A program made the translations under genes and the position numbers. Source: an uncultured Verrucomicrobiae bacterium (lineage in GTDB: Bacteria; Verrucomicrobiota; Verrucomicrobiia; Limisphaerales; Palsa-1400). Taken from it: DNA of 64,000 bases. Positions within the stretch are counted from its first letter, which is position 1. The number at the start of each line of letters is the position of its first letter. Below are positions 60,201 through 64,000 of this stretch, piece by piece. Under the pieces are notes generated by a model, which ran no database searches, was not told the origin of the DNA, and saw only the letters and a list, made by a program, of their open reading frames with translations. Where the stretch lies: contig CAVXRD010000002.1 in NCBI GenBank assembly GCA_963764165.1, positions 1,408,001 to 1,472,000 on the forward strand, written 5' to 3'.

Positions 60201-62340
60201 GGCAATCGGGCCTGCGGGAGCAACCGGGGCAACGGGACTCGCGGGCGCAGCGGGACCGACCGGGGCGCCGGGCCTTGACGGAACCAACGGATTAAATGGA
60301 ACCAATGGGCCAATTGGACTTACAGGTGCAACAGGGGCAGCCGGACCTGCGGGAGCAACTGGCCCTGCTGGGCCTGCAGGAGCGCAAGGACAAGTGGGAG
60401 CAATCGGCGCAACCGGACTCGCGGGCGCAGCGGGACCGACCGGGGCGCCGGGCCTTGATGGAACCAACGGATTAAATGGAACCAATGGGCCAATTGGACT
60501 TACAGGTGCAACCGGGGCAGCCGGACCTGCGGGAGCAACTGGCCTTGCCGGACCTGTGGGAGCGCAAGGACTAGTCGGAGCAACTGGCGCAACTGGACCA
60601 GCGGGCGCGATAGGATTGACCGGAGCAACTGGCGTCGAAGGACCCGCAGGAACTAATGGACTGAATGGAACTAACGGGCTCAATGGAATCAATGGATCAA
60701 CCGGGGCAGCCGGACCTGCGGGAGCAACTGGCCCTGCTGGGCCTGCAGGAGCGCAAGGACAAGTGGGAGCAATCGGCGCAACCGGACTCGCGGGCGCAGC
60801 GGGACCTACCGGGGCGCCGGGCCTTGATGGAACCAACGGATTAAATGGAACCAATGGGCCAATTGGACTTACAGGTGCAACCGGGGCAGCCGGACCTGCG
60901 GGAGCAACTGGTCCTGCTGGGCCTGCGGGAGCGCAAGGACTAGCGGGAGCAATCGGCGCAACCGGACTCGCGGGCGCGGCAGGACCGAGCGGGGCACCCG
61001 GCCTAGACGGAACCAACGGACTGAATGGAACCAATGGGCCAATTGGGCTTACAGGCGCAACCGGGGCTGCCGGCCCTGCGGGAGCAACCGGTCTCGCTGG
61101 GCCTGTGGGGGCGCAAGGGCCAGTCGGAGCAACCGGAGCGACTGGACTAGCGGGCGCGATAGGATTGACCGGAGCAACTGGCGTCGAAGGACCCGCAGGA
61201 ACTAATGGACTGAATGGAACTAACGGGCTCAATGGAATCAATGGATCAACCGGGGCAGCCGGACCTGCGGGAGCAACTGGCCCTGCTGGGCCTGCAGGAG
61301 CGCAAGGACAAGTGGGAGCAATCGGCGCAACCGGACTCGCGGGCGCAGCGGGACCTACCGGGGCGCCGGGCCTTGATGGAACCAACGGATTAAATGGAAC
61401 CAATGGGCCAATTGGACTTACAGGTGCAACCGGGGCAGCCGGACCTGCGGGAGCAACTGGCCTTGCCGGACCTGTGGGAGCGCAAGGACTAGTCGGAGCA
61501 ACTGGCGCAACTGGACCAGCGGGCGCGGCAGGACCGAGCGGGGCACCCGGCCTAGACGGAACCAACGGACTGAATGGAACCAATGGGCCAATTGGGCTTA
61601 CAGGCGCAACCGGGGCTGCCGGCCCTGCGGGAGCAACCGGTCTCGCTGGGCCTGTAGGGGCGCAAGGGCCAGTCGGAGCAACCGGAGCGACTGGCCTGCC
61701 TGGGCCAACGGGAGCGCAGGGACTGGCAGGCACAACCGGAGCAACAGGACTAGTCGGCCCAACGGGTCTGACTGGTGCATCGGGCCTTGACGGAACCAAC
61801 GGGCTGAATGGAACCAATGGTCTAACCGGCGCAATCGGCCCTGCGGGCGCAACCGGCCCTGCGGGCGCAACTGGTCCAATTGGACCGTCTGGGACCAACG
61901 GCCTCAACGGAACCAACGGATCGGGCTCTTCAGAATACGGTTACATTTACAATTTGAACGCTCAAGTGGTGGCACTCGAGGCCGATGTCACCTTCAGCGC
62001 AAATGGCATTGGCACCGCCGGATTTACCCACACGCTCGGAAGTTCTGGCATTACGTTTGCAACACCCGGGGTCTACAAAATTACATTCTCCGTGTCAGGG
62101 GAGGAGCCAAATCAATTTGCGTTATGCGTCAACGGAGTCGTAATTCCAGAAAGCACTTACGGTTCAGGCGCCGGCACCCAGCAAAATAACGGCCAGGCGA
62201 TATTAGCCATGAATGCCAGCGACGTTCTGACATTGCGCAACCATGCCTCCGCCGCAGCCGTGACGCTTGTCTCAGCCCCTCCCATCGGAGGCACAGCCGC
62301 CACCGTAAACGCTTCTGTCCTGATGCAAAAGTTGAATTAG
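57256..62340 (+). CDS. Secreted collagen-like protein with BclA-like C-terminal domain
   Basis: Signal peptide, about 475 Gly-X-Y triplets (57640-61917), C-terminal YGYIYN...EPNQFAL...YGSGAGTQQNNGQ...LTLRNH...VNASV. Confidence 0.92.
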   Translation: MTRKPISLPAPLWLVLFTLVALASSARATVLAITECNCSNITILVEKFTNYPPGALTVTLGGTATNGGVLVPSTFYYTNQTIVLNRPAGLAGGAIWIKVFLYNVLFANNNLILCECATNTTSTNCECTGAEGPAGPTGPEGPRGLSGAEGPKGASGPEGPKGVAGPKGATGPAGVAGAKGATGPAGPKGSPGTPGGKIGPAGTNGLNGTNGLSGAIGPAGGTGATGPAGPVGATGLPGVAGQPGEIGPRGFAGANGLNGTNGLSGPIGPVGATGATGFTGPAGPAGLMGAAGATGQTGAMGLTGPTGPEGLAGTNGLNGTNGAPGAIGPAGAIGATGFTGPAGPAGLMGAAGATGQTGAMGLTGPAGPEGLAGTNGLNGTNGAPGAIGPAGAIGATGFTGPAGPAGLMGAAGATGQTGAMGLTGPTGPEGLAGTNGLNGTNGAPGAIGPAGAIGTTGFTGPAGPAGLMGAAGATGQAGAMGLTGPTGPEGLAGTNGLNGTNGAPGAIGPAGAIGATGFTGPAGPAGLMGAAGATGQTGVMGLTGPTGSEGLAGTNGLNGTNGAPGAIGPAGAIGATGFTGPAGPAGLMGAVGATGQAGAMGLTGPTGPEGLAGTNGLNGTNGAPGAIGPAGAIGATGFTGPAGPAGLMGAAGAIGQAGAMGLTGPTGPEGLAGTNGLNGTNGAMGLMGATGSAGPAGATGLAGPVGPQGQVGATGATGLAGAAGLTGATGVEGPAGTNGLNGTNGLNGINGSTGAIGPAGSTGATGLMGTTGLPGAPGLDGTNGLNGTNGTTGLTGATGAAGPAGATGPAGPAGAQGVVGATGATGLMGTTGLPGAPGLDGTNGLNGTNGPIGLTGATGAVGLTGATGLAGPAGPQGLAGVTGATGLAGAAGPSGVPGLDGTNGLNGTNGPIGLTGATGAAGPAGATGLAGPVGAQGPVGATGATGLAGAIGLTGATGVEGPAGTNGLNGTNGLNGINGSTGAIGPAGATGATGLAGAAGPTGAPGLDGTNGLNGTNGPIGLTGATGAAGPAGATGPAGPAGAQGQVGAIGATGLAGAAGPTGAPGLDGTNGLNGTNGPIGLTGATGAAGPAGATGLAGPVGAQGLVGATGATGPAGAIGLTGATGVEGPAGTNGLNGTNGLNGINGSTGAAGPAGATGPAGPAGAQGQVGAIGATGLAGAAGPTGAPGLDGTNGLNGTNGPIGLTGATGAAGPAGATGPAGPAGAQGLAGAIGATGLAGAAGPSGAPGLDGTNGLNGTNGPIGLTGATGAAGPAGATGLAGPVGAQGPVGATGATGLAGAIGLTGATGVEGPAGTNGLNGTNGLNGINGSTGAAGPAGATGPAGPAGAQGQVGAIGATGLAGAAGPTGAPGLDGTNGLNGTNGPIGLTGATGAAGPAGATGLAGPVGAQGLVGATGATGPAGAAGPSGAPGLDGTNGLNGTNGPIGLTGATGAAGPAGATGLAGPVGAQGPVGATGATGLPGPTGAQGLAGTTGATGLVGPTGLTGASGLDGTNGLNGTNGLTGAIGPAGATGPAGATGPIGPSGTNGLNGTNGSGSSEYGYIYNLNAQVVALEADVTFSANGIGTAGFTHTLGSSGITFATPGVYKITFSVSGEEPNQFALCVNGVVIPESTYGSGAGTQQNNGQAILAMNASDVLTLRNHASAAAVTLVSAPPIGGTAATVNASVLMQKLN
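58070..59302 (+). repeat. About 7 tandem copies of a 180-bp (60-aa) unit in the collagen gene
   Basis: ACTGGATTTACTGG recurs at 58081, 58261, 58441, 58621, 58801, 58981 and 59161. Confidence 0.95.
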
Positions 62341-62422
62341 CGCGAGGCAGGGCCGGTGTCAGTCATCACTTTTTGCACTTGGGTTTTGGCCGTGAATGCT
62401 GGGTGTGAGAGGGTTTGGCAGC

Positions 62423-62602
62423 ATGCCGCGCCAATTGCGCCTGGAATATCGCGCGGTCTATCACGTCATGAATCGCGGGGACCGCCGCGAAGACATCTTG
62501 CGCGACAACGAGGACCGGCGCCTTTTTCTCTCGACTCTGGCCGAGGCCTGCCAAAAGACTCTCTGGCAGGTGCATGCTTTGATCTGTTTCTTCGTCGACT
62601 GA
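62423..62602 (+). pseudogene. Truncated REP-associated (Y1/IS200-like) tyrosine transposase
   Basis: MPRQLRLEY..YHVMNRGDRREDI..DNEDR..FL....WQVHA, then a stop before the HxH motif. Confidence 0.8.
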
Positions 62603-62743
62603 TTCATTTCACTTGATGCCCATGGTCAAGGACATCATCAAAAGCGCGGGCGTAGCGTGGCAAATTGGGGTTTCCATGGACGTGAGGCTATCCGTCGACG
62701 GTTGTCCGGTTTCAACCTTCAGCGGTGTTATATTAGTAATTGC

Positions 62744-64000
62744 GTGAACGACCTGGAACTGCTGCACCGCTACGAGCGAGACCAATGCGAGGATTCCTTC
62801 GCCGAGTTGGTGAATCGGCACGTGAATTTTGTCTATTCCGTCGCGCTCAGACAGGTTCGCTCGCCAGAGTTGGCTGAGGAGATTGCGCAGTTCGTCTTCA
62901 TGACCATGGCCCGGAATGCCTCCAAAATGAAACCGGACACGATTCTCACGGCCTGGCTTTATCGAGTGACACGGCGGGCCGCCGTCAATGCCGTGCGGGG
63001 CGAATCGCGCCGCCGCCAACGCGAGCAAGTCGCGGTTGATCTGGCGAATCTCCAAACAGACGTTGCCGACTGGGCCGGAATTGAACCGCTCCTCGACGAA
63101 GCGATGGAGAACATCGACGAAGCCGGGCGGTCGGCCATCCTGCTGCGGTTCTTCGACGGCAAAAGCTTTCGTGAAGTCGGACTCCTGCTGGGAATTTCCG
63201 AGGAGGCCGCGCGCAAGCGGGTGAGTCGCGCGATCGAACAACTTCGGGATTGCTTCGCTGGACGAGGCGTGGCCGTTTCCAGTGCTGGCCTCGCGACTGT
63301 TCTTGCCGCTCATGCCGTCAAATCGGCTCCCGCCGGACTCGGGGCCGCCATTTGCGCCAGTGCCTCCGTCTGCGGATTACATGCCTCCAAAGCTATTGCC
63401 ATTGCCAAAACCATTGCCATGACTACCACACAAAAAGCCCTTCTAACTGCCGCCGTCGCTTTTGCTGTCGGAGCGGTTGTCCATGAAAACTTTCGCGTTT
63501 CCGGCCTTCGCGGCGGCATCGAGGCGCTTCAGCGCCAGCAGGAACCCCTGGCCGCCGACCTGGCCGGGGCGCGCCGCGAACGCGATGAGGCATCAAACCA
63601 ACTTCAGGTTGCCCAGAGGCAGCTGCAGCAATTGCGCCACGACACCTCCGAGCTTCCCAGGCTCCGCGGCGAACTGGCGCGCTGGCGCGACGCCGCCAAC
63701 AAGCTGGCTCAATCCAAGACATCCGACGCCGGCGCGGGAACCGATCCCGCAGACTCAACGGCAAAAGCCTGGGCGTCCCAGGTCAAGCAACTCCGCCAGC
63801 GCGCGGAGCAATGGCCCGACAAACGAATACCGGAACTTCAATTGGCCACCGATCAGGATTGGTTTGACGCGGTGGGTTCGACCAATTCGCTTGAATCCGA
63901 TGCCGATTACCGCCAGGCCCTCGACCGTTTGCGTCGGGCGGCCAAGAACAAACTTGTCCCGCTGCTTCAGGACGCCATGAAAAAGTACGCCGACGCCAAC
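62744..64000 (+). CDS. ECF sigma-70 factor with long C-terminal extension; runs off the window edge
   Basis: Manual translation from GTG 62744: DLELL..Y....EDSFAELVNRH...VYSVALRQV...LTAWLY...LLRFF...EEAARKRVSRA; absent from the ORF track. Confidence 0.9.
   Translation, partial: MNDLELLHRYERDQCEDSFAELVNRHVNFVYSVALRQVRSPELAEEIAQFVFMTMARNASKMKPDTILTAWLYRVTRRAAVNAVRGESRRRQREQVAVDLANLQTDVADWAGIEPLLDEAMENIDEAGRSAILLRFFDGKSFREVGLLLGISEEAARKRVSRAIEQLRDCFAGRGVAVSSAGLATVLAAHAVKSAPAGLGAAICASASVCGLHASKAIAIAKTIAMTTTQKALLTAAVAFAVGAVVHENFRVSGLRGGIEALQRQQEPLAADLAGARRERDEASNQLQVAQRQLQQLRHDTSELPRLRGELARWRDAANKLAQSKTSDAGAGTDPADSTAKAWASQVKQLRQRAEQWPDKRIPELQLATDQDWFDAVGSTNSLESDADYRQALDRLRRAAKNKLVPLLQDAMKKYADAN

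Noticed and set aside
57483..61916. 1477-aa Pro-X-X ORF on the minus strand
   Set aside because: Mirror of the collagen gene: GGN-rich repeats read as Pro-rich with no stops on the reverse strand; no independent domains
57640..61917. Regular repeats as a possible CRISPR array
   Set aside because: In-frame coding repeats without unique spacers; no cas genes in the window

Overview
GC-rich bacterial chromosomal segment. Gene content suggests Verrucomicrobiota, probably Pedosphaera-like subdivision 3 (inference from the DUF1559 prepilin-like protein, Tat Gfo/HEAT cluster, extended ECF sigma factor, YHYH and LamG/Ig secreted proteins). Mostly housekeeping and metabolic genes: pabB/pabC, glpK, gap, glgC, purB, rimO, ald, radC, hpnH/hpnJ and tRNA-Glu(CTC). 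These are interspersed with three PIN-type toxin-antitoxin pairs and many small intergenic palindromic or periodic repeats. Most notable: (1) a secreted 1694-aa collagen-like protein with about 475 Gly-X-Y triplets, CxC motifs and a BclA-like C-terminal domain; (2) an orphan DUF3631-type P-loop ATPase followed directly by six GGCAACA iteron-like repeats; (3) long inverted repeats in the divergent radC/YgjP intergenic region; (4) two tandem secreted M48-like proteins with a degenerate HExxH motif; (5) a shared C-terminal motif on two unrelated secreted proteins. No CRISPR array, rRNA, integrase or intact transposase was seen. All family assignments are by motif recognition, not database search.
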